A DNA stretch of 64,000 bases from assembly GCA_963663225.1 (NCBI GenBank), contig OY760142.1, forward strand, positions 2,880,001-2,944,000. Direction: 5' to 3'. Within the stretch, counting starts at the first letter, position 1, and the number at the start of each line of letters is the position of its first letter. This DNA comes from Nitrospirota bacterium (GTDB taxonomy: Bacteria > Nitrospirota > UBA9217). Of the stretch, positions 45,751 to 54,242 are shown one piece after another. The position numbers and the translations under genes are program-made. Under the pieces are notes generated by a model that was given only the letters and a program-made list of their open reading frames with translations, did not search any database and had not been told where the DNA came from.

Positions 45751-46519
45751 TGGCGTCCCTCTGTACGATGCGTGCGTCCCGGGTGACTCCGTTCCGGGTA
45801 GGATAAACCGGAGCAGCTTCAACCAGCATGGAGCGATTGACAAAGAAACCGGCAAGATGCACCAGTTTTGAAAACGGAAAATAGAGAAGAAACAGATTCA
45901 CCAGAGAAAAATGGGTCACGAAAACCCATTTCTGCGGTATGGGAACCGGGTGCAGCATGATGAGGCTGCCGAGATACGCGCGAATTGCAGGGAGGTCGAT
46001 TTCAAGTGAGGTAACACGCATATGCATTCCGGTTATCACGATTGCAAGAAGAAGGAGCAGGTCGAAGTAATCTGCCGGATCGGACAAACGCTTGACCTCG
46101 GGGACGGCTGTTCTTCTGTAGAAAAGCACGAGAAGAGCAACCAAGATGCCGATGCCGGAAACCGTCCCGAAAAAAGCAGACAATCGGGAGCTGGCATCTT
46201 CCGTCAAACCGATCATGGTAAACTGGTGCGTCAGATAGTAAATCCCGACAATATGTCCGATGATGATCATCAACAGCATGCCATGCATGAACCAGGCCCA
46301 GAACCAGAGTCCTTCGGAGCCGCCGCGGCGCAGACTCGTGAACAATAGCAGCTCTTTTGCAATGGCCGTTATGCGACCTGCGGTAGAATCCGGAGCCGGA
46401 AACAACGTTATTTGAAATGGTACCGGCGCCTTGAACCACGCAAGTATCCGCCCTGTCATGCCGATCAGAAAAACGGCGACGGCTATATAGGGAAAAACTT
46501 CTCCGACAAAAAAGAGCAT
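45743..46519 (-). CDS. dsrM: DsrM membrane di-heme cytochrome b
   Basis: NarI-like 5 TM; four His (FMH-x9-H and VTH-x17-H), PFSKLVH. Confidence 0.88.
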   Translation of the reverse strand: MLFFVGEVFPYIAVAVFLIGMTGRILAWFKAPVPFQITLFPAPDSTAGRITAIAKELLLFTSLRRGGSEGLWFWAWFMHGMLLMIIIGHIVGIYYLTHQFTMIGLTEDASSRLSAFFGTVSGIGILVALLVLFYRRTAVPEVKRLSDPADYFDLLLLLAIVITGMHMRVTSLEIDLPAIRAYLGSLIMLHPVPIPQKWVFVTHFSLVNLFLLYFPFSKLVHLAGFFVNRSMLVEAAPVYPTRNGVTRDARIVQRDANA

Positions 46520-46573
46520 ATTCGGTGACCTCCTCCGTTCCGGAAAACACGCAACCGCGCTTTGATACGCGTA

Positions 46574-47638
46574 TTAGAACTTGAATTGCGTAGTGGAACG
46601 GAATGTAGTCGTCGCATGGGTGAAATCATCTAGATGTTTATCGGTAAAGGGAAGATCCGCCAGTTTAAAAAACTTTTCCCATCCAATCCGGTTGATCCAT
46701 TCTCCCATCCGCTCACCTTCACGGGCCTTGGACGCCCACAGTTCCACCAAATTTTTTACGGCTGCGGTCGTGGAAGACCACCGGGGTGGTTCGTTCGGAA
46801 TGTACGGAATGGCAAGCCGCGAGAACATAGGAGAGTTCCTGGCATTGGACACCTTGCCGCCGACCCAGATTGACACGCCGTCATTGACCGGGTCCATGAT
46901 CTGGAGACCTGCCGGGCAGACCACCACGCAGTTGCCGCACATCATGCATTTTTCCGCAATGATCTCCACGCTCTTCACCTTCGGGTTGGGCCTGATGGCT
47001 CCGGTCGGACACGATGCGATGATATTCGGCAATTCGCACGCACGGGCCACTCCTTCATTATTGATCCGGGGTATGGTGCGGTGTATGCCGACGACCGCGA
47101 TGTCAGAGCAATGGCAGGCCCCGCACATGTTGACGCAGCAGGCAACAGCGATCCGCATGCGTGCCGGCACCTTGATCTTCCCCGTGAAATAATCGGTCAT
47201 TTCATCCATAATGCTCTTGGTTATTCCTGAAGCATCGGTGACCGCACTCTTGCAGTGTATCCATCCCTGGGTATGGACGATATTGCTGACCGAAAGGCCG
47301 ACGCCGCCGATCAGATAGTCTTTTGAGTCTAGTTCATCAATAAGCGGCTGCAGTTTTTTCTCATCAGACACCAGAAATTCAACGTTATGCCTGGTCGTGA
47401 ACCGGAGATATCCGTCGCAATAGGTATCGGCAATAGCGGTTATATCCCGTATCCAGTCACTGCTCACCAGCCGGGGCGTCGCGACGCGAACAGAATGTAT
47501 GGCTGCGCCGGTGTTGCTTACATGTTTTAATACTCCCGGACGAGGTACGGTATGATATTTCCAATTACCGTAATTCTCCTTGATGATCGGGGGGATCATT
47601 TCACGATAATCTGGCGGTCCAATATCTGTTTTGGCCAT
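46574..47638 (-). CDS. dsrB: Dissimilatory sulfite reductase beta subunit
   Basis: YGNWKYH, FTTRHNVEF, HTQGWIHC, ACCVNMCG, CPTGAI, CMMCGNC, PNEPPRW. Confidence 0.96.
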   Translation of the reverse strand: MAKTDIGPPDYREMIPPIIKENYGNWKYHTVPRPGVLKHVSNTGAAIHSVRVATPRLVSSDWIRDITAIADTYCDGYLRFTTRHNVEFLVSDEKKLQPLIDELDSKDYLIGGVGLSVSNIVHTQGWIHCKSAVTDASGITKSIMDEMTDYFTGKIKVPARMRIAVACCVNMCGACHCSDIAVVGIHRTIPRINNEGVARACELPNIIASCPTGAIRPNPKVKSVEIIAEKCMMCGNCVVVCPAGLQIMDPVNDGVSIWVGGKVSNARNSPMFSRLAIPYIPNEPPRWSSTTAAVKNLVELWASKAREGERMGEWINRIGWEKFFKLADLPFTDKHLDDFTHATTTFRSTTQFKF

Positions 47639-47639
47639 G

Positions 47640-48824
47640 TTACTTTACCTCCTCTTTTGTCCAGAATATATAGGGGTTGCTTCGCGGTGCACGGACCATC
47701 TGAGGCAGCGGCTTAAGGCCCACTGCAGCCAGAAACTCCGAAAGCCCAACGCGCTCGATCAGTTCGCCGACCCGCTCCCTGTTCTTTCCATGCTCCGCCC
47801 ACCAGTCAGTCACTTTGTCGATCAAATCTTTCAATTCTGTGTAGGGAGCCTCCATTTTCATAAACGGCACCAGCACCCAGCCGATCATGGCGCCTTTTAC
47901 AACAGGGGCCTTGCCGCCGATAAGGATGGCGGCCCCGCGGTCGCGGCCGACGCTTATTGCTTTGGGCATCATGTTGATGCAATGCATGCAGTGGACGCAA
48001 TCTTCGGCATTCACAATGAGCTGCTTCTTCGCCGGATCCCAGTTCAAGGCCTCTGACGGGCATTTCCGGACAACACGGTTAAAAATGTCAAAACCTTTAT
48101 CGACCGTCTCGGTCACCGCAGCATTATCAATTCGGACAGCGTCGCGCCATACCCCGATAATTGCGAAATCGGAGCGGGCGGACGCGGCGGCACAATCGTT
48201 GGAGCATGCGGAAACTTTGATCTTAAATTTATACGGCCATTGCGGTCTGTGGATGAAATCCTGATAGTGCAGTGTCAGGTCGCGGATGATATCCATGCTG
48301 TTGATGCAGGCTTTTTCACACCGCGCCTGCCCCACACAGCAGGACAAGGTACGCATGGCGCCCCCAGACCCCCCGAGGTCGAAGCCGATCTCGGACAATT
48401 CATCCACACAAGGCTGCAGATTTTCCGTTGTGGTTCCCAGAAGGATAATGTCTCCCGTGGATCCGTGCATATTGTAGAGCCCGCTGCCGTACTTGTCCCA
48501 GATGTCTGCCAGTTGACGGAGCTTCTTCGTAGTATAGAAAAAACCCGCCGGCTGGTTTACCCGGATCGTGTGAAATTCCTTGACGTTGGGAAAACGATCG
48601 GCAGCGTCGGAATACCGGCCCACGACACCGCCGCCGTATCCTTTGACGCCGACAATGCCGCCGTGTTTCCAATGACCGATCTTCGCGACGTATGAAGATT
48701 CAAGCTGCTGCAGCAAATCCGCGGCGCTTTTGCTCTTTTTAGCTGCGCGTTTTATCTCGGTGACAAAACTCGGCCAGTCACCTTTTTCAAGCTCATCCAA
48801 CAGCGGGGTCTTTCCTTCTTCCAT
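47640..48824 (-). CDS. dsrA: Dissimilatory sulfite reductase alpha subunit
   Basis: TPLLDELEKG.WPSFV, HWKHGGIVGV.GYGGG, HGSTGD, siroheme motif CVGQARC..CSNDC, CVHCMHCIN. Confidence 0.97.
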   Translation of the reverse strand: MEEGKTPLLDELEKGDWPSFVTEIKRAAKKSKSAADLLQQLESSYVAKIGHWKHGGIVGVKGYGGGVVGRYSDAADRFPNVKEFHTIRVNQPAGFFYTTKKLRQLADIWDKYGSGLYNMHGSTGDIILLGTTTENLQPCVDELSEIGFDLGGSGGAMRTLSCCVGQARCEKACINSMDIIRDLTLHYQDFIHRPQWPYKFKIKVSACSNDCAAASARSDFAIIGVWRDAVRIDNAAVTETVDKGFDIFNRVVRKCPSEALNWDPAKKQLIVNAEDCVHCMHCINMMPKAISVGRDRGAAILIGGKAPVVKGAMIGWVLVPFMKMEAPYTELKDLIDKVTDWWAEHGKNRERVGELIERVGLSEFLAAVGLKPLPQMVRAPRSNPYIFWTKEEVK

Positions 48825-48848
48825 CGCGGCAACCTCCTGTTTAGGGAA

Positions 48849-49031
48849 TTAATATTCCTCAACTTTTATGGCACTTACCGGACATACTGCGACACATCCC
48901 TGGCATCCCAGACACTCGTCCTCATTGGGAACCGCTTTCCCGTTTTCTATCTTGAATATTTCCGCAGGACAGGCTTTTGCACATTCACCGCATCCTGTGC
49001 ATAGTTCTTCATTGACCGTTACGACAAACAT
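48849..49031 (-). CDS. 2x[4Fe-4S] ferredoxin
   Basis: CTGCGECAKACP and CLGCQGCVAVCP; directly upstream of dsrA. Confidence 0.92.
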   Translation of the reverse strand: MFVVTVNEELCTGCGECAKACPAEIFKIENGKAVPNEDECLGCQGCVAVCPVSAIKVEEY

Positions 49032-49117
49032 GTTTTCACCCCCTCGTTTGTTGGCACCGTTTTCTACCTAATATAGTGTGACTCGACTATTTTCAGTTTA
49101 ACATCGCGGCGGATGCA

Positions 49118-49612
49118 CTATCCTCCTGCCTGGTCCGAACCTCTTTTTGACGCTATGCATTTTGCGCAAAGGCCGCAATACTGAACAAGGTGATTCGTAA
49201 TGAGAAAATTATATTTTTTTGACAACTTTTCCTGAATCGTTTCAAGAATATTCAGTTCTTCACCGATGAAATCACTGTATTCAATAATGCGGCTGCATTC
49301 CGTACAGACAAGATGGTGATGATACTTTACACATTTCGGTCCTTGCAGCAGTTCGAACCGTGCTCTGCCATCGCCAAAATCAAACCTGGCAACCATGCCC
49401 ATATTGACCAGAAGTTCCAGTGTTCTGTAGACAGTTGTCAATCCGATTGATGGCTTTTCTGCATGAACTTTAATGTAAATATCTTCTGCGCTGAGATGCT
49501 CTGTGGATTGAGACAAAATATTGAGAATGGCTTCACGGCCGGCCGTCATTCTGTGGCCGACTCGTTTAATTTTACCACTGGAATCTGAAGGCTTGCTCTG
49601 CTCCCCGGGCAT
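49118..49612 (-). CDS. Fur-family transcriptional regulator
   Basis: HLSAEDIY, TTVYRTL, HHHLVCTEC, CGLCAKC. Confidence 0.92.
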   Translation of the reverse strand: MPGEQSKPSDSSGKIKRVGHRMTAGREAILNILSQSTEHLSAEDIYIKVHAEKPSIGLTTVYRTLELLVNMGMVARFDFGDGRARFELLQGPKCVKYHHHLVCTECSRIIEYSDFIGEELNILETIQEKLSKKYNFLITNHLVQYCGLCAKCIASKRGSDQAGG

Positions 49613-49636
49613 TTTTATGCCGGCCCTCCATTATTG

Positions 49637-49684
49637 TTAATGAAAACCATTTCCATTAATACCACATTGTAAATAAGCTGTCAA
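49637..49684 (-). promoter_or_regulatory. Promoter of the fur-like gene overlapped by a Fur-type inverted repeat
   Basis: Minus strand TTGACA at 49684-79; palindrome TTAATGAAAACCATTTCCATTAA (49637-59) over the -10/+1 region. Confidence 0.55.
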
Positions 49685-49881
49685 GCTCTTTCTGACACTT
49701 CAGCAATCTTGGACCACATAACTTTAAAGCATTTATTGTAGGATATTATGCGTGAGGAATATTGATTTTTTTAAATCTTTATTGTACTATAGCATGTTTT
49801 TAGGGCTTCATTACACATTGGAATAATTTCTACTTTCCCCTTTTCTTTTAAATTCATACTGGACATCACCGGGAGTTGTGG

Positions 49882-50616
49882 ATGGATGCGGTTCAGAGGG
49901 ATATAAACATTAAAATCAAGGAAATCACAGAAACCTGGGGGGCTGACTTTGTTGGCGTGGCAGATATAAAGCAGGCTCATGAAGCAATTCTGGATCAGGG
50001 CGGTCCGATAATTGCTGAATATCCTCTGGCTATTTCCGTTGGAATTGGCCTGCAACACTCCATTGTGGAACAACTCCCGGAGCGTGCCAACCGGACAGTG
50101 GCATTAAGCTACCAGTACCACAGCTATGATCTTGTCAACCAGCGGCTTGACCTTCTCATAAAGCAAATAAGCAGATTCCTGCAACGTGCCGGCTATCAAG
50201 CACTGCCCGTACCTGCCTCAAAACAGATTGATGACGAACGCATCTGTGCGGCGTTCTCTCACAAAATGGCTGCGCATTTGGCCGGTTTAGGCTGGATCGG
50301 CAAAAGCTGCTTATTGGTCACCCCGGAAATGGGGCCGCGTGTGCGATGGGCCACGGTGCTTACTGATGCACCTTTGCAGACAACCCGGAAGGCCCTTGAG
50401 GGGCAATGCGGTGACTGCAGACTGTGTGTGGATATTTGTCCTGTTCACGCCTTTACGGGAACTTCCTTCCGTACGTCTGAACCGCGCGGAAAACGGTATG
50501 ATGCTGCCAAATGTGAACGGTATTTTTCCAAAATGAGAGAAGAAAACAACGGTCTTGCGGTCTGCGGTCTCTGCTTATATATTTGCCCGCATGGGAAACG
50601 GCAGAACCGCAACTAA
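49882..50616 (+). CDS. QueG-like (epoxyqueuosine reductase-like) double-cluster Fe-S protein
   Basis: SHKMAAHLAGLGWIGKSCLL..GPRVR..VLTD, CGDCRLCVDICP, CERY, CGLCLYICP. Confidence 0.75.
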   Translation: MDAVQRDINIKIKEITETWGADFVGVADIKQAHEAILDQGGPIIAEYPLAISVGIGLQHSIVEQLPERANRTVALSYQYHSYDLVNQRLDLLIKQISRFLQRAGYQALPVPASKQIDDERICAAFSHKMAAHLAGLGWIGKSCLLVTPEMGPRVRWATVLTDAPLQTTRKALEGQCGDCRLCVDICPVHAFTGTSFRTSEPRGKRYDAAKCERYFSKMREENNGLAVCGLCLYICPHGKRQNRN

Positions 50617-50620
50617 TTTT

Positions 50621-51271
50621 TTATATCAATCCAGTTCCTTTCAGTATTTCGTTTTCTATGTGTTGCTTAACGTGTGAAAACCCTCTTTTCTTCAATAGGT
50701 CAAGAATCCTCCGGCTACCCAACTCTTTCAAAATATGGTTCTTCTCGACGCTTGCTAAAGAAGACGATTCGGCAACGGTCTTTACAATCTTCGGACGCAT
50801 CTTTTTCAGATACGCCAGATATCGAGATAACTCAGATGGAAAAACATCTTCCAATGCTTTTCTGAGTGTCTTTGTAAGTGCGGGACTTATACCGGAACTT
50901 GAAATAGCAATTGTGAGAGGGCCCTTCCGAACTACAGAAGGCATGATAAAACTGCACTGTTCAGGAATATCAACAACATTGATAAGTTGCGGCGCATCAT
51001 CCGCAATAATACTGTTTATTTCCTGATCTGAAGTCGCCGCTATAACAAGAAAAGCATCATTTGCATCATTCTTTCTAAAACATCTTTTCTTCGATTTAAC
51101 CCTTTTTGCAGTTAAAAGTTTTTCGAGGCCCGGCGTCAAACAGGGGCTGATAACGGTTATGTCCGCCCCAGTCGGAAGAAGCTGCTTTACCTTCCTTTCA
51201 GCTACACTCCCTCCCCCGATGACAACACATTTTTTTTTATTGAGATTTAAAAATACCGGGAAAAATTTCAT
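50621..51271 (-). CDS. Precorrin-2 dehydrogenase / sirohydrochlorin ferrochelatase (SirC / CysG N-terminal)
   Basis: FPVFLNL..CVVIGGGSVAERK, AATSD, NVVD.P..C.F..P, AISSSGISP; start may be 51301. Confidence 0.88.
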   Translation of the reverse strand: MKFFPVFLNLNKKKCVVIGGGSVAERKVKQLLPTGADITVISPCLTPGLEKLLTAKRVKSKKRCFRKNDANDAFLVIAATSDQEINSIIADDAPQLINVVDIPEQCSFIMPSVVRKGPLTIAISSSGISPALTKTLRKALEDVFPSELSRYLAYLKKMRPKIVKTVAESSSLASVEKNHILKELGSRRILDLLKKRGFSHVKQHIENEILKGTGLI

Positions 51272-51452
51272 GATCTTTTTATGATTATCCTTCCTGAGCA
51301 TGATTTGCTGCTGGTATATATAATACTAAATTACAAAGCATTATTGCCAGCAAAATAGCCATTTTTTTACAGTACAGGACACAAAAGAACTGAGGGAGGC
51401 AGCTCTCTAAAAAACATTTTCCATAAAAATGGTGTAAAACGCTCTTGATTGC

Positions 51453-51481
51453 TTGACACTGGAAATGTTTTGGTTTAGATT
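51453..51481 (+). promoter_or_regulatory. Sigma70-type promoter
   Basis: TTGACA-17 bp-TAGATT upstream of the 51539 ORF. Confidence 0.5.
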
Positions 51482-51538
51482 TATTATACGAGTAAATGCC
51501 GTCCTAGCATCCATAAATCCAACTTTTGGGGAAATACC

Positions 51539-51823
51539 ATGTTAACTATAACACCTGAAGCACTTGCCATTATCCAGAGAAAAAAACTACCCGTTTTTCT
51601 TGAAATGCCGAAACTGATCACAAACTGCTGTTTTAGCCTTCAGGAATGCCCGACCGTGCATTTTGGAGAACCGAAAAATCGTTCCGGCTATGAAACAAAA
51701 ATCATTAATGATGTGACTGTCTTCGCACCTGATATGCTTCCGGATATTCCTCTCACAATCACCGTGGCGAGTTTTTTGGGAATAAAAAAGCTCGTAATTG
51801 ACGGCTGGTGTCTGATTTTGTGA
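51539..51823 (+). CDS. CC/Se-motif family small protein (HesB-like fold, Cys form)
   Basis: ITPEAL N-terminus, NCC..PTVHFGEP, FLGIKKLVIDG. Confidence 0.7.
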   Translation: MLTITPEALAIIQRKKLPVFLEMPKLITNCCFSLQECPTVHFGEPKNRSGYETKIINDVTVFAPDMLPDIPLTITVASFLGIKKLVIDGWCLIL

Positions 51824-52036
51824 AAATGCAGCACAGCAAGAAGTGTGTATAATCCCTCTGCATGTACCAGGGCATCAGTCTTTCATCATTGATTAAAACA
51901 ATCCTCCCGTCTGTTCTCTTCACATAGCAACTTGGTTCAACAGTTTTTGAAAGCCAAACAATCGTTGACAATAAAAGCATGCTAAGTATAATGGTCTGAA
52001 CATACTTCATCCGTTAGATAGGGATTAGGCCAGACC

Positions 52037-53440
52037 ATGAGCATCCAATGCCCGGTAACAGCTGCCATTACACATTTTGATAAAAACACATCAGCCTATC
52101 TTGAAGATCTCAAAGACCTTGTTCGCGTCCCCAGCATCAGCTTTCCCGGTTTTGACGCGGCAGCGGTTACCGCCGGCGCTGAAGCTACAGCAAAACTGCT
52201 GACCAAAAGCGGTCTTGCCGATGTGCGTGTCCTCGATTCCGGATCAGGGTATCCTTCCGTGTACGGACAATGGACAGAGGCACCGGGAAAGCCCACGATC
52301 CTCCTGTATGCGCATTATGACATCCAGCCTGCCGGGAGAGAAGAACTCTGGACCACACCGCCTTTTGCTCCGACCGAACGTGACGGCAGGCTCTATGGCC
52401 GGGGAGTTTCAGACGATAAGGGCGGCGTGGTCATGCATGCAACCGCCATCAGCTCCTACCTCTCTGCCGCCGGCAGACTGCCTGTAAACGTCAAAGTATT
52501 GATAGAAGGCGAAGAAGAGGTAGGCTCGACAAATCTCCTCAAACTTCTGCAGAGCCATAAAGCTCTCCTGTCTGCAGATGCAGTCCTCATTGCAGACAGT
52601 GAAAATTTTGCCGAGAGCGTCCCTTCCCTTACCGCATCTCTCCGCGGCATTGTGACCGTGGCTGTCGAGGTGCGTTCACTCTCATCAAGTGTACACTCGG
52701 GGACATGGGGCGGCCCGCTGCCGGATCCGGTTCTCGCTCTCGCTAAGATGCTCGGGAGCCTTGTGGATGACCAGGGGCAACCAGCAATACCGGGCCTGCT
52801 GGATAATATTCGCCCCCTCAGTCCGAAAGAGCAATCGGATCTTGATACATTGCCGTTCAGCGAAAAAGAGTATCGCAAGCAATCCAAAATTATGGACGGA
52901 GTCGCATTCTGGGGCGGTGAAGGCACTACCTATGAAAAAATGTGGTACCGTCCTTCCATCGCAGTCAATGCCATCGAAGCAAGCAGCCGGAAACAGGCTG
53001 CAAATATCATCAACGACACGGCCTGGGCACGCGTCGGCATTCGTACCGTCCCTTATATGAATGCTGAAGAAACGCTGGGCAAGCTCAAAAAACACTTATT
53101 GGAGCATGCTCCGTGGGGTGTGCAGGTGACCATTAAGCCTGAAACGCCATCCCCCTGGTGGAAAACCGACACCGAAGGTCCTCTATTTCAGGCTGCGCTC
53201 TCAGCTCTTGAGAAGGGATATGGGAAAATACCGGTCATTATGGGAGCGGGAGGATCAATCCCGTTTGTGCAAAATATAACTGACGCATTGGGCGGAGTAC
53301 CGGCGCTGCTTTTCGGTGTTGGAGACCCCTACGCTGCCGCGCATTCTGAAAATGAGAACCTCCTGATCTCCGATTGGGAGAATGGATGCCGGAGCCTTAT
53401 CTATCTTTTTGGTAAATTATCGGAACTCCGCAGCGCTTAA
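52037..53440 (+). CDS. M20/M25/M40 family metallo-dipeptidase
   Basis: YAHYDIQP, GRGVSDDKG, EGEEEVGS, HSG, GGSIP, AHSENE. Confidence 0.92.
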   Translation: MSIQCPVTAAITHFDKNTSAYLEDLKDLVRVPSISFPGFDAAAVTAGAEATAKLLTKSGLADVRVLDSGSGYPSVYGQWTEAPGKPTILLYAHYDIQPAGREELWTTPPFAPTERDGRLYGRGVSDDKGGVVMHATAISSYLSAAGRLPVNVKVLIEGEEEVGSTNLLKLLQSHKALLSADAVLIADSENFAESVPSLTASLRGIVTVAVEVRSLSSSVHSGTWGGPLPDPVLALAKMLGSLVDDQGQPAIPGLLDNIRPLSPKEQSDLDTLPFSEKEYRKQSKIMDGVAFWGGEGTTYEKMWYRPSIAVNAIEASSRKQAANIINDTAWARVGIRTVPYMNAEETLGKLKKHLLEHAPWGVQVTIKPETPSPWWKTDTEGPLFQAALSALEKGYGKIPVIMGAGGSIPFVQNITDALGGVPALLFGVGDPYAAAHSENENLLISDWENGCRSLIYLFGKLSELRSA

Positions 53441-53499
53441 TACAGCAATCAGCGCCGCTACACTATCGGCGGGGAACGCGGGTTGGAGGTGCTAAACAA

Positions 53500-54222
53500 A
53501 TGTCTGAAAAACGATCAGTGCTCATAATCTGCCGCACGGCTGCGGGACAAATGTATCTTGGTGTTCTTCTGAACCGCATTTGGTTTTCCCCAGTTCTGGC
53601 GAAAACCGTGGAAGAAGGCATCCGGCTTGCCCAGAAAACCATCTTTTCACTCGTGCTTTTTGACTGCGATATTGCGGAATCGGCCATACAATCGTCAATC
53701 AACATGTTGAAAAACGACCCCGTCCTCAAAACGCTGCCGTTGGTTGTTTTCAAAACCAGCGACAACCCTGTTTCCAGCGAATCGCTGCTTTCCCAGGGAT
53801 GCTCTGCGGTCCTGGAAAAACCTCTCGACTTGACCCTGCTCTACGGCGTGCTCCAGCGTCTGAGCGGCCAACCGAGAAGCACACCGCGCGTTTCTGTAAA
53901 GATCAGGGTGGAAATTCTCGAAGGAACGCCGGAACCAGCCCTGACCTGTACCAACCTCTCTGAGGGAGGGATGTATCTCAGGACGCTAACACCATTGCCG
54001 GAAGGAACCACTATGCATATAAAGTTTACCCTTCCGCATGACACGCAGGCAATAGAACTTGTCGCAAAAGTGGTCAGGACCTTGCCGCTTGCAATCCAGC
54101 TCGAAGCAGACCCCGGGATGGGGCTTTCCTTCATCGATAGCACTCAAGACATCCAATTGAGAATCCGAAATTTCGTTGAGTGGGAAATGACCGGCGATCT
54201 TGAGTGGAACTCAGGGCTCTGA
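53500..54222 (+). CDS. Pseudo-receiver + PilZ domain protein
   Basis: REC-like N-terminus; RSTPR and NLSEGG c-di-GMP binding motifs; GMGLSF. Confidence 0.82.
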   Translation: MSEKRSVLIICRTAAGQMYLGVLLNRIWFSPVLAKTVEEGIRLAQKTIFSLVLFDCDIAESAIQSSINMLKNDPVLKTLPLVVFKTSDNPVSSESLLSQGCSAVLEKPLDLTLLYGVLQRLSGQPRSTPRVSVKIRVEILEGTPEPALTCTNLSEGGMYLRTLTPLPEGTTMHIKFTLPHDTQAIELVAKVVRTLPLAIQLEADPGMGLSFIDSTQDIQLRIRNFVEWEMTGDLEWNSGL

Positions 54223-54242
54223 CGATCCGCTCTCAAAAAAAC

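Noticed and set aside
46520-46573. Hidden dsrD between dsrB and dsrM
   Set aside because: Gap is only 54 nt, too small for the roughly 80-aa DsrD
51539-51823. Selenoprotein
   Set aside because: Motif is encoded as TGC TGT (Cys-Cys); no in-frame TGA
51759-52010. 83-aa minus-strand ORF with hydrophobic N-terminus
   Set aside because: Overlaps the 3' end of the CC-motif gene and has no recognisable family; cannot be supported, though a small membrane protein is not excluded
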